This document shows positions 27,516-35,990 of a stretch of DNA of 46,725 bases, one piece after another. The notes under the pieces are model-generated. The model saw nothing but the letters and a program-made list of their open reading frames with translations, was not told the DNA's origin and searched no databases. A program made the translations under genes and the position numbers. Source of the stretch: an uncultured Bdellovibrionales bacterium (GTDB taxonomy: Bacteria; Pseudomonadota; Alphaproteobacteria; Micavibrionales; SZUA-601). The DNA is taken from NCBI GenBank assembly GCA_964496065.1, contig CAZBXD010000009.1, forward strand, positions 1 through 46,725. The letters are read 5' to 3'. Every line of letters begins with the position of its first letter. The first letter of the stretch is position 1.

Positions 27516-28097
27516 ATGTTTCGGCGCCGCAAAAAACTAAGTTTTATAAGGTCTTTGCGTGCCATCTTTTTTCCGCGTAAGGGTTGGCGGCGTATTTTTT
27601 ATTATTTGACGCATCGTTTGCGTCGTCGTCCCGGTGATCCTCACTACATTGCAATGGGAGCTGCTTGTGGCGTTGGGATTAGTTTTATGCCGTTTCTGGG
27701 GGTCCATCTCTTATCGGCTTATTGCCTTACACGGCTGTTAAGGGGGGATGTTTTTGCCATGATTGTTGGCACAGCAATTGGTAACCCATGGACTCTCCCT
27801 ATTATGCTTTTTGGATCCTACTATGTAGGAAATTTAATAATTGGCAGTTTTAGCCAGCACCATGATATTACATTGAATGCAATGGAGTTATCTTTTAGTA
27901 CTATCATGGATGAGCCTTTAACGCTTCTTCTGCCGATGACGGTTGGTGCAATTGTTTTGGGACTTATTTCGGGCATTACTACATATTATCTTGTCTTTAC
28001 AATGGTTCGGGGGTATCAAACACATCGTAAAAAACAACTCAGCGATCGACGATATGCATTAAATCGGATGCTGAATGATATAAAAAAAAAGCGATGA
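27516..28097 (+). CDS. DUF2062 domain-containing membrane protein
   Basis: GDPHYIAMGAACGVGISFMPFLGVH...GNPWTLP pattern and 3-4 TM segments, typical of DUF2062. Confidence 0.7.
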   Translation: MFRRRKKLSFIRSLRAIFFPRKGWRRIFYYLTHRLRRRPGDPHYIAMGAACGVGISFMPFLGVHLLSAYCLTRLLRGDVFAMIVGTAIGNPWTLPIMLFGSYYVGNLIIGSFSQHHDITLNAMELSFSTIMDEPLTLLLPMTVGAIVLGLISGITTYYLVFTMVRGYQTHRKKQLSDRRYALNRMLNDIKKKR

Positions 28098-28100
28098 GAT

Positions 28101-28499
28101 ATGATTATTGGTATAGGAGCAGACATTGTTAGCATTGAGCGTATCCGCCGTCTTAATGATCGTTACGGAGCTCGATTTATCGAGAAGTTTTATACGCTTG
28201 AAGAGCGTGATCAAGCCAAAGAGCGCCAAGACCCGGTTCGATATTATGCTAAGAGATTCGCAGCTAAGGAGGCGGTTTTAAAAGTTTTAGGTACGGGCAT
28301 GCGAGCGGGGTTGTCATGGCACGATATATCGGTTGTCAATGATAGATTGGGTGCGCCGCTGGTTAAAATCACAGGCGGCGCTGCTCAAGCAATTGAAAAA
28401 AAGCAAGGAAATTCAGAGCAAAAACCAATAATTTCTATTTCATTATCTGATGAAGACGCCTATGCTTTAGCCTTTGTTGTGATTGAAACGGGTGAATAA
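28101..28499 (+). CDS. acpS: Holo-ACP synthase (4'-phosphopantetheinyl transferase)
   Basis: MIIGIGADIVSIERI... and FAAKEAVLKVLGTG motifs; about 130 aa. Confidence 0.92.
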   Translation: MIIGIGADIVSIERIRRLNDRYGARFIEKFYTLEERDQAKERQDPVRYYAKRFAAKEAVLKVLGTGMRAGLSWHDISVVNDRLGAPLVKITGGAAQAIEKKQGNSEQKPIISISLSDEDAYALAFVVIETGE

Positions 28500-28501
28500 A
28501 A

Positions 28502-29278
28502 ATGGCAAAAAAAATAGTTAAGCAAGCTAAAGAGCTTAAGCCAGCAAACGCAGAAAACGATTTGTTTGAAATGATTAAAACAATCGCAATCGCGATTGTT
28601 GTGGCTGTCGGTATTCGTACTGTTGCTTATGAGCCGTTTTCTATCCCGTCTGGTTCGATGCTGCCTACTCTATTAGTGGGTGATTATCTCTTTGTTTCAA
28701 AATATTCCTATGGCTACAGTCGATATTCCTTACCAATGCAGATTGTTTCTTTCTCTGGCCGGATCATGTATAAACCACCAAAACGCGGTGATGTTGTTGT
28801 GTTTAAAAAACCCTCGGATCCTAGTATTGATTTTATTAAGCGCATCGTTGGTTTACCTGGAGACACGGTAAGGGTTATTGAGGGGCGCCTCTACATTAAT
28901 CAAGAAATGGTAGAGCGTGAACTCACAGATATATATCCAATTAAAGAACCTTTTGGTAATGATACGGAACATCAAAAATATAATGAAACGCTTCCCAACG
29001 GTGTTGTGCATGAAATTATCGAGCGTTCAGATATGAGTGAGATGGATAATACTATTTCCTATAAGGTGCCCGAGGGGCATATATTTGCTATGGGTGATAA
29101 TCGCGATGGATCACAAGATAGTCGGGTTTTGGATCAGGTTGGTTTTGTTCCAATTGAAAATATTGTTGGACGGGCAGAGTTGATCTTCTTTTCACTTGAT
29201 CATGATACCCATGCTTGGGAGATTTGGAAATGGCCTTGGGCTATTCGATTTGAGCGTCTTTTTCAAAAAATTAATTAA
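28502..29278 (+). CDS. lepB: Signal peptidase I
   Basis: N-terminal TM, catalytic Ser box IPSGSMLPTL, Lys box KRIVGLPGD, and GDNRDGSQDSR. Confidence 0.93.
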   Translation: MAKKIVKQAKELKPANAENDLFEMIKTIAIAIVVAVGIRTVAYEPFSIPSGSMLPTLLVGDYLFVSKYSYGYSRYSLPMQIVSFSGRIMYKPPKRGDVVVFKKPSDPSIDFIKRIVGLPGDTVRVIEGRLYINQEMVERELTDIYPIKEPFGNDTEHQKYNETLPNGVVHEIIERSDMSEMDNTISYKVPEGHIFAMGDNRDGSQDSRVLDQVGFVPIENIVGRAELIFFSLDHDTHAWEIWKWPWAIRFERLFQKIN

Positions 29279-29283
29279 GGGTT

Positions 29284-29955
29284 ATGACTAATCTTAAAAC
29301 ATTACAAGAGACTATAGGGTACACTTTCAAGGATAAGGCGCTTTTGATCCAGGCTTTGACCCATAAAAGTGCTCATGCCAAAAATAGCGAACTTGATGAT
29401 TATGAGCGTCTTGAATTCCTAGGAGACAGGATTTTAGGTCTTGTGATTGCAGAAATGTTATTACAAGAATTTGACGAAGAGCCTGTTGGTGCAATTGCTA
29501 AACGTCATAGTGCGCTTGTTCGTGGGCAAACACTTGTTAAAATTGCAGACCAATTTGATCTAGCGCTTTACATTAAACGCGACCATTCCGAACAACAAGT
29601 CCGGGATAGTATCTTGGAAGATGTCTGTGAAGCTTTAATCGCTGCTCTCTATCGTGATAGTGGGATGGAGGTCGCGCGTCAATTTATTGAAAAATATTGG
29701 AGGCCACATCTTAGGAGCGCTTTATCCCCTCCCCAAGATCCTAAAAGTCGTCTGCAGGAATGGGCACAAGGGTGTGGATTAGATTTACCAATCTATACGA
29801 TTGAAAAGCAGTCTGGGCCAGATCACTATCCAGATTTCAAAGTTAGTGCCTATCTCGAAGGATATGACAAAGTTTATGCGCGTGCGAGGTCAAAAAAGGA
29901 GGCAGAAAAAATAGCTGCCGAAAAACTGTATGAGGTCATTCAAAGCAATGGGTAA
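29284..29955 (+). CDS. rnc: Ribonuclease III
   Basis: RNase III signature ERLEFLGDRILG and a C-terminal dsRBD (PKSRLQEWAQ...). Confidence 0.95.
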   Translation: MTNLKTLQETIGYTFKDKALLIQALTHKSAHAKNSELDDYERLEFLGDRILGLVIAEMLLQEFDEEPVGAIAKRHSALVRGQTLVKIADQFDLALYIKRDHSEQQVRDSILEDVCEALIAALYRDSGMEVARQFIEKYWRPHLRSALSPPQDPKSRLQEWAQGCGLDLPIYTIEKQSGPDHYPDFKVSAYLEGYDKVYARARSKKEAEKIAAEKLYEVIQSNG

Positions 29956-30847
29956 GACGCGATGCGGTTTTGTTGCGGTTCTAGGAGCGCCAAATGCCGG
30001 TAAATCAACCTTAACGAATGCTCTTGTGGGAGAAAAAGTGTCAATTGTTTCACCCAAAGTACAAACGACACGCACGCGTGTTCTTGGGATTTGCATGCAT
30101 GAAAATGCTCAAGTATTGCTTATAGACACCCCTGGTATTTTTGATCCCAAGAAACGGATCGATCGGGCAATGGTTTCTGCCGCGTGGTCTGGCGCTCAAG
30201 ATAGTGACTTATCGATGCTTTTGGTTGATGCAAGCCGAAAAAAAGCGTTTGATGAAACCAAACCAATTATCGAAGTTTTGGTCGAGCAAAAAAGAAAGTC
30301 AATACTTGTTCTTAATAAAATTGATTTAATTAAACGGGATTCGCTGCTTTCTTTAAGTGAAGAATTAAATAAAATTGGCCTGTTTGATGCAACATTTATG
30401 ATTTCTGCAAAAAAAGGTGATGGTGTTGAATCGTTACGTGATTATCTTTGTAATTCTGTACCAATAGGTCCTTGGCTCTATCCAGAAGACCAGGCATCGG
30501 ACATGCCATCGCGTTTACTCGCCGCCGAAATCACTCGTGAAAAACTATTCATTCAGTTGCATCAAGAAATTCCTTATGCCATGACAGTTGAAACTGAGGA
30601 ATGGGAACAATTTGATAATGGTAGTATTCGCATTGCACAGGTAGTTTTTGTACAAAGAGAAAGTCAGCGCGCCATTGTTCTTGGCAAAGGCGGGCAGAAA
30701 ATCAAAAAAATCGGCCAGGATTCCCGCAAGGAGCTTAAAGATATTTTTGCTACGGATGTCCACTTAAAACTTTTTGTCAAAGTACGAGAAAAATGGCAAG
30801 ATGATCCCTCGCGCTATTCGGTTTGGGGATTAGATTTTAATGCTTAA
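29945..30847 (+). CDS. era: GTPase Era
   Basis: G1 GAPNAGKST, G3 DTPG, G4 NKID, and a C-terminal KH domain (VLGKGGQKIKKIG). Start placed at MGKTRCGFVAV (29945), overlapping the rnc 3' end. Confidence 0.93.
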   Translation, partial: AMGKTRCGFVAVLGAPNAGKSTLTNALVGEKVSIVSPKVQTTRTRVLGICMHENAQVLLIDTPGIFDPKKRIDRAMVSAAWSGAQDSDLSMLLVDASRKKAFDETKPIIEVLVEQKRKSILVLNKIDLIKRDSLLSLSEELNKIGLFDATFMISAKKGDGVESLRDYLCNSVPIGPWLYPEDQASDMPSRLLAAEITREKLFIQLHQEIPYAMTVETEEWEQFDNGSIRIAQVVFVQRESQRAIVLGKGGQKIKKIGQDSRKELKDIFATDVHLKLFVKVREKWQDDPSRYSVWGLDFNA

Positions 30848-30859
30848 AGGATGACAATC

Positions 30860-32056
30860 ATGAGTTTTGGTTACGTCGAAAAACCCTCTGTTAAACCTGA
30901 TAACCCTTCTTTCAGCTGCGGCCCGTGTGCCAAGAGAGAGGGGTGGACAGTCGCTGCGCTAGAGAATGCTTGTATTGGTCGAACACATCGTTCACAAAAA
31001 GCTAAACACCGTATGCGTCAAGTTGTTGATTTATCTCGTAAATTGCTTGATATCCCCGATGATTTTCTTGTGGCGATTACTCCTGCGTCTGATACAGGCG
31101 CAGTTGAGACGGCGCTGTGGAACATGGTTGGTGTCCCAGGTATTGGGGTGGATGTCTATTATTGGGAACATTTTGGCCGGATCTGGGCTAATGATGTTAT
31201 GAATCAACTTGATATTAAAGATCGCCGGATTTTAAGTTACGATTTTGGTGAAATACCTGATTTGACTAAAGTGGATGCCGATCGTGATTTGGTTTTTGTT
31301 TGGAATGGAACAACATCTGGGGTTTGTGTACCGAATGGCGACTGGTTACCCACAGGTGGGAAGGGGCTGCGTATTTGTGATGCAACTTCGGCGGCCTTTG
31401 CTTATGAGTTACCCTGGGATAAGTTGGATGTTGTGACATGGTCTTGGCAAAAGGTTATGGGCAGCGAGGCTCAGCACGGTATGCTCGCACTCAGCCCGAA
31501 GGCTGTCGAGCGCGTCAAATCATATCAGCCGACTTGGCCAATGCCTAAAATCTATAATCTCAAGAAAGATGGTGTTTTTAACGAGGGGTATTTTAATGAA
31601 GTGACAAATAATACCCCTTCGTTATTATGCGTTGAGGATGCGCTGGATGCGTTGAAATGGATTGAAACAATCGGTGGCCGGCCGGTATTGCAAAAACGAA
31701 TTGCCCTTAGTGCAGCGCATATTCAAAAATGGGTTCAGCAATCCGATTGGGTAAAATATCTTTGTGATGATCTGGTTTATCTTTCGCATACATCCCCGTG
31801 TTTTCAGATTACATCGTCAGAATTTGAGGGTTTAGATAAAGAAAAGCAATGGGATTTTGTTAATTATATGGCGGAGCTTTTGGAGGCAGAAGAGGCGGCT
31901 TATGACATTAAATGCTATGCATCAGCTCCAGCAGGTTTGCGATTTTGGTGCGGTGGAACCGTTAACCCTAATGATGTTCAAAAACTGCTCCCCTGGGTCG
32001 ATTGGGCTTATGATCAGGCCATGCTTGCGCTTAAATCGGGAAAAATTGCTATATAA
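30860..32056 (+). CDS. serC: Phosphoserine aminotransferase (alphaproteobacterial/archaeal-type SerC)
   Basis: N-terminal KPSVKPDNPSFSCGPCAKREGW resembles the SerC type-2 family, with a PLP-lysine context SWQKVMG. Start placed at ATG 30860, with AAGGA 8 nt upstream. Confidence 0.75.
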   Translation: MSFGYVEKPSVKPDNPSFSCGPCAKREGWTVAALENACIGRTHRSQKAKHRMRQVVDLSRKLLDIPDDFLVAITPASDTGAVETALWNMVGVPGIGVDVYYWEHFGRIWANDVMNQLDIKDRRILSYDFGEIPDLTKVDADRDLVFVWNGTTSGVCVPNGDWLPTGGKGLRICDATSAAFAYELPWDKLDVVTWSWQKVMGSEAQHGMLALSPKAVERVKSYQPTWPMPKIYNLKKDGVFNEGYFNEVTNNTPSLLCVEDALDALKWIETIGGRPVLQKRIALSAAHIQKWVQQSDWVKYLCDDLVYLSHTSPCFQITSSEFEGLDKEKQWDFVNYMAELLEAEEAAYDIKCYASAPAGLRFWCGGTVNPNDVQKLLPWVDWAYDQAMLALKSGKIAI

Positions 32057-32154
32057 TTACTCTATCCACAGGATTTTCTCTCGAAATTTAACTATTTTTT
32101 TCACAATAGTGCCGTATCAACGAGGGTAGCTATACTTATCTTTTGTGAATAAAA

Positions 32155-34248
32155 ATGACTGACGATAAAAATATGGAGCAACCAGCAGGACAAACCCCCG
32201 CTCAAGAAGGGGACGGCACTCCCTTACCAAACGAGACGGTACAATCAAATTTTGAAGTCTTTTTGAAAGACCGTTATAAGATTCACACGGATCAAGCCTT
32301 GACTGATTTTGAGCATAAATACGCGCAAGTTTTTATGGCATCAGAAAAAGGTAAAAACACGACCGAGTGTATAGCTGTGGTCCCAAAAGATCGCTATCCA
32401 GCGCGGCAATCAATTCTTTATCCATATTATAATTTAGGGCTATCTGGTTTGATAGAGCTTCTTGATTGGGGAGTTGTTGATTGGCTCAGTGATGGCACAA
32501 CACGCTTTGCTTTGATCTTTAAAAAGCCAGAAGGAAACATCCTTTTAGCACAGCATCAAAAACGCCGCGATCCGATGACGGAGGATAATATTAAAAAATT
32601 TATTATCACCCCGATTGCAGACGTTATACAAGACATCTCTGATCGTGGAATTTTTCATGGGAATATTCGTCTCGATAACATCTATTATTCAAGCAATAAC
32701 CATGCGGTCTTGGGGGAGTGTTTTTCTTCTTTTCCTGGGGCTATTCAGCCAGTACTGTATGAAACAATTGAACGGGGGATGTGTGATCCGCAATCTCGCG
32801 GTGAAGGAACCGCACAAGATGACATTTACGCACTAGGTGTCACGGTTTCTATTTTATTGCGCGGCGAAAATCCATTTCTTGGCATGAGCGCTAAACAAAT
32901 TACAGAAGATAAAATTAATAAAGGCTCTTTTGGACTATTAACAGAAGGAATGCGCTTTACAGCAAGTATGTCAGAATTTTTGCGTGCCACCTTGCACGAT
33001 GATCCAAAACAACGATGGACAGTTGAACAATTAACCGCTTGGGTACAAGGGTCTCGTTCGCCTGCCAAGCAAAAGATTCATATTAAAAAGGCCTCACGAA
33101 CGGTCGAATTCAATGGTAAGAAATATTACCACATTCCATTATTGGCAAGAGACTTGCCAGATAATCCTTCTGAGGCTGTTCGTTTAATTGAAGATGGGAC
33201 CATTACAAATTGGCTTGAAAGAAGTTTAAAAGCTCAAGAAATATCAGATGCTCTAACAGAGGCAATTAGCCGAGCATCCATGGGGGGGAAGGGGAGCGCT
33301 GACTATCCAGCCCGCTTAATAACATATGCGTCCATGGCCTTGGATCCCATGGCTCCAATTCGCTATAAGGGGTTATGTGTATTTCCTAAAGGGATCGTTG
33401 GCGGCCTTGTTGAGGCTATACTCACTGGCAAGGATATTAAAGTTTATGTCGAAATTATCAAGAATAGATACCCTTGGACCTGGCTTGGTTTTAAAGAAAA
33501 CATGGCAAATGACACCTTAGATTTACTGAGAATTTTTGATTCATGTTCAAAAATTATCAATCGTAGTGGCGCAAGTAATGGTGTTGAACGCTGTATTTAT
33601 GAACTCAATAACGACGTACCGTGTTTAAGTTCCATGTTTAAAAAGAAATATGTCAACGATCCACAAGACATGGTAAAGGCAATGGACAATATCGTGAATG
33701 ATTTGGATCTTTCTGTGTCTTTAATAGATCGCCATGTGGCTTCTTTTATCTCATGTCGTGACAATAAAGACCAGTCGGGGCTTATTGGTCTAATCCAAGG
33801 GACAGACGCGATTAAGCGTAGCTTAGCTATGATTACACTTTTTCAAAATATTCAGGTTCGATATTACAAGAAACCTCTTGTAAATATTGCCAAGCGACTC
33901 TCTGCGGATGCTGAAATTGTTATTGAGCGCTATCATAACACGGATTTAGCGAATGATATTCGAAAAAAAATTGCTAAAACAGTTGAAAAAGGTGATATCA
34001 CAAAGCTGTTATCCCTAGTTGATAACCCGCAAATTGTTAACAAAGACAAGCTGGAATTTGAAACAGCGTGTCAGGAATATTTTATCCTCAAGCAAGAATA
34101 TGAAAATATCACAAAGCGCCTTGAAGGAAATAAGGCGCATGGTACTTCAGTGGGACGTGAACTTGCAGCTGTTATTTCTGGTGTTATGGCTGGAATACTC
34201 ATTGCTGGTCTACTCCTGATAACAATTACATCAGGGTTTGGGGGATAA
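32155..34248 (+). CDS. Tail-anchored protein-kinase-fold protein with degenerate catalytic motifs (predicted pseudokinase) plus about 370 aa of unknown domain
   Basis: Kinase-like subdomains are recognisable by eye: catalytic-loop position IFHGNIRLDN (vs HRDxKPxN), activation-segment start LGECF (vs xDFG), YETIE (vs APE), DIYALGVTVSILLRGENPF (subdomain IX) and DDPKQRW (subdomain XI). I find no Gly-rich loop or VAIK lysine. A single C-terminal TM (AAVISGVMAGILIAGLLLITIT) ends 6 residues before the stop. Confidence 0.7.
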   Translation: MTDDKNMEQPAGQTPAQEGDGTPLPNETVQSNFEVFLKDRYKIHTDQALTDFEHKYAQVFMASEKGKNTTECIAVVPKDRYPARQSILYPYYNLGLSGLIELLDWGVVDWLSDGTTRFALIFKKPEGNILLAQHQKRRDPMTEDNIKKFIITPIADVIQDISDRGIFHGNIRLDNIYYSSNNHAVLGECFSSFPGAIQPVLYETIERGMCDPQSRGEGTAQDDIYALGVTVSILLRGENPFLGMSAKQITEDKINKGSFGLLTEGMRFTASMSEFLRATLHDDPKQRWTVEQLTAWVQGSRSPAKQKIHIKKASRTVEFNGKKYYHIPLLARDLPDNPSEAVRLIEDGTITNWLERSLKAQEISDALTEAISRASMGGKGSADYPARLITYASMALDPMAPIRYKGLCVFPKGIVGGLVEAILTGKDIKVYVEIIKNRYPWTWLGFKENMANDTLDLLRIFDSCSKIINRSGASNGVERCIYELNNDVPCLSSMFKKKYVNDPQDMVKAMDNIVNDLDLSVSLIDRHVASFISCRDNKDQSGLIGLIQGTDAIKRSLAMITLFQNIQVRYYKKPLVNIAKRLSADAEIVIERYHNTDLANDIRKKIAKTVEKGDITKLLSLVDNPQIVNKDKLEFETACQEYFILKQEYENITKRLEGNKAHGTSVGRELAAVISGVMAGILIAGLLLITITSGFGG

Positions 34249-34249
34249 A

Positions 34250-34765
34250 ATGGCAAAGAAAAAAACCAATAAACCGGTTAAAAATACTAAAAAGAAGAAA
34301 AAAGGCTTTAGCTTTTGGGGAGTGTTTTCTGCCCTTATAATGACTATGGGGGCTGTTTTGATGATGCCCACAACCATAATTTTTGTGATTGCCATGATCC
34401 CTACAGCAGTTGCTTCTTTCACAGATCGGACAATGGAACGTACAGCAGGTATAACGGTTGGCGCGATGAATTTTGCCGGTGTCCTCCCAGCACTTTTGAA
34501 CTTATGGCAGTCCGGTCATGCAGTCGAAAATTCACTACGAATTATTTCACAACCTCTTATGTTACTTTATATGTATGGTGGGGCTGGGATTGGAACGTTA
34601 ATATACTTTAATACTCCCCCGATTGTTTCAAATTTTCTTAAGAAAAAAGGCCTTAATCGCTTAGACCGTATTGAAAAACGACACAAACAACTCATTGAAA
34701 AATGGGGGATTACTGTAACCGGTATTGACCCAGAGACGCAGAAAGAAAAATCATCGATATCATAA
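34250..34765 (+). CDS. Hypothetical polybasic 4-TM membrane protein, translationally coupled to the pseudokinase gene
   Basis: The ATG lies 1 nt after the upstream TAA. The N-terminus MAKKKTNKPVKNTKKKKKG has 10 Lys in 18 residues, followed by four hydrophobic helices and a charged C-terminal tail. No family is recognised. Confidence 0.6.
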   Translation: MAKKKTNKPVKNTKKKKKGFSFWGVFSALIMTMGAVLMMPTTIIFVIAMIPTAVASFTDRTMERTAGITVGAMNFAGVLPALLNLWQSGHAVENSLRIISQPLMLLYMYGGAGIGTLIYFNTPPIVSNFLKKKGLNRLDRIEKRHKQLIEKWGITVTGIDPETQKEKSSIS

Positions 34766-35740
34766 TAAATCGATGATTTCCTGCATATCATTAGGGATTG
34801 GGTAGGTAAAAGAAAGATTTTCACCAGTGTTAGGGTCTTTAAAATCAAGCTTATAGGCGTGAAGAGCCTGCCTTGTGATAGAGGATATTTTTTCTTGGAC
34901 AGCTTTTGATAATAAAGACATCATTTGAGTATGTTTTAAGCGATAGGTCCGATCCCCAACAATAGGATAGCCAAGATGAAGCATATGAAGGCGAATTTGG
35001 TGGGTTCGTCCCGTATCAAGACGACATTCGATCAGACTATTATGTAAGCCTAGAGGTTTTATCACAGTATAATGAGTGATTGCGATTTTTCCGTTTTCGG
35101 TAACAACAGCCATTTTTGTTCGATTTTTTTCATCGCGTGCAATAAATGTTTCTATGGTTCCTTGTCGAGGCGAGGGGGTTCCCCAAACAAGAGCTTGATA
35201 GGCTCGTTTCATATCACGCTTTTTAATTTGCTCGGCAAGGTTGGCATGGGTGTCATTATTTTTTGCGATAACCATTAATCCGGTAGTATCCTTATCAAGT
35301 CGGTGTAGAATGCCGAGGCGATCATCGCCAGATAAATTAGACAGTTTACCACCAGTATGATGGAGGATTGCATTCACAAGAGTTCTATCTTTTTGACCGG
35401 CACCAGGGTGAACAGTAAGTCCAGCTTGCTTGTTTAAAACAATAAAATTCTCATTTTCAAAAACAATATCAAGAGGAATGTCACTATCGCTCTTAAGTAT
35501 GATTTTATCTTCCTCAGGAAGTTCAATAATAACTGTGTCTGCTGATTTAATTCTTTCCGAGGGGTTGGATAAGATTTTTCCGTCTCTCTCACGATAGACG
35601 TTGCCTTTTTTAATCGCAGACTGTATTTTCGTGCGCGGTATTTCAATTAAAATCGATGCAAGTGCCACATCTATTCTTTGGCCAATTAGTTCATCAGATA
35701 ATGAAATGCTATGTTGTTTATGTGGAGAATATGTATTCAT
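34760..35740 (-). CDS. rluD: RluA-family 23S rRNA pseudouridine synthase (RluD-like)
   Basis: N-terminal S4 domain (RIDVALAS), catalytic HRLDKDTTGLMV, and C-terminal GRTHQIRLHM. Confidence 0.9.
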   Translation of the reverse strand: MNTYSPHKQHSISLSDELIGQRIDVALASILIEIPRTKIQSAIKKGNVYRERDGKILSNPSERIKSADTVIIELPEEDKIILKSDSDIPLDIVFENENFIVLNKQAGLTVHPGAGQKDRTLVNAILHHTGGKLSNLSGDDRLGILHRLDKDTTGLMVIAKNNDTHANLAEQIKKRDMKRAYQALVWGTPSPRQGTIETFIARDEKNRTKMAVVTENGKIAITHYTVIKPLGLHNSLIECRLDTGRTHQIRLHMLHLGYPIVGDRTYRLKHTQMMSLLSKAVQEKISSITRQALHAYKLDFKDPNTGENLSFTYPIPNDMQEIIDLL

Positions 35741-35885
35741 GGATCCGGATCATAAAATTAGGTGGACACCGAAGCTTATTACACTCGTTATCGTTAACCT
35801 GCTAATGTTAGTCTTTATTATAGTGGCTTTGTCGGCAATAGGGTATAAATTCTACACACAGATACTTAATTTTATCTTTGGTTAA
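35739..35885 (+). CDS. Hypothetical 48-aa single-TM small protein (doubtful)
   Basis: The ATG at 35739 overlaps the rluD start codon on the opposite strand. MDPDHKIRWTPK is followed by a 23-residue hydrophobic helix. ORF evidence only. Confidence 0.2.
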   Translation: MDPDHKIRWTPKLITLVIVNLLMLVFIIVALSAIGYKFYTQILNFIFG

Positions 35886-35990
35886 AAAAAAGACAGTTTA
35901 ATTTCTCATAATGTTTTTGCATCGAAAAGAAATATGATGTATTGTCAGTTAGTTGTAATACATAGGTATTGAATCAATAGAGTATCAACC

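Noticed and set aside
32062-32070. CTATCCACA, an 8/9 match to the DnaA box TTATCCACA, in the serC/pseudokinase spacer.
   Set aside because: It is a single isolated copy with no cluster of boxes, no AT-rich unwinding element and no neighbouring replication genes. This is compatible with a chance occurrence and not with an origin.
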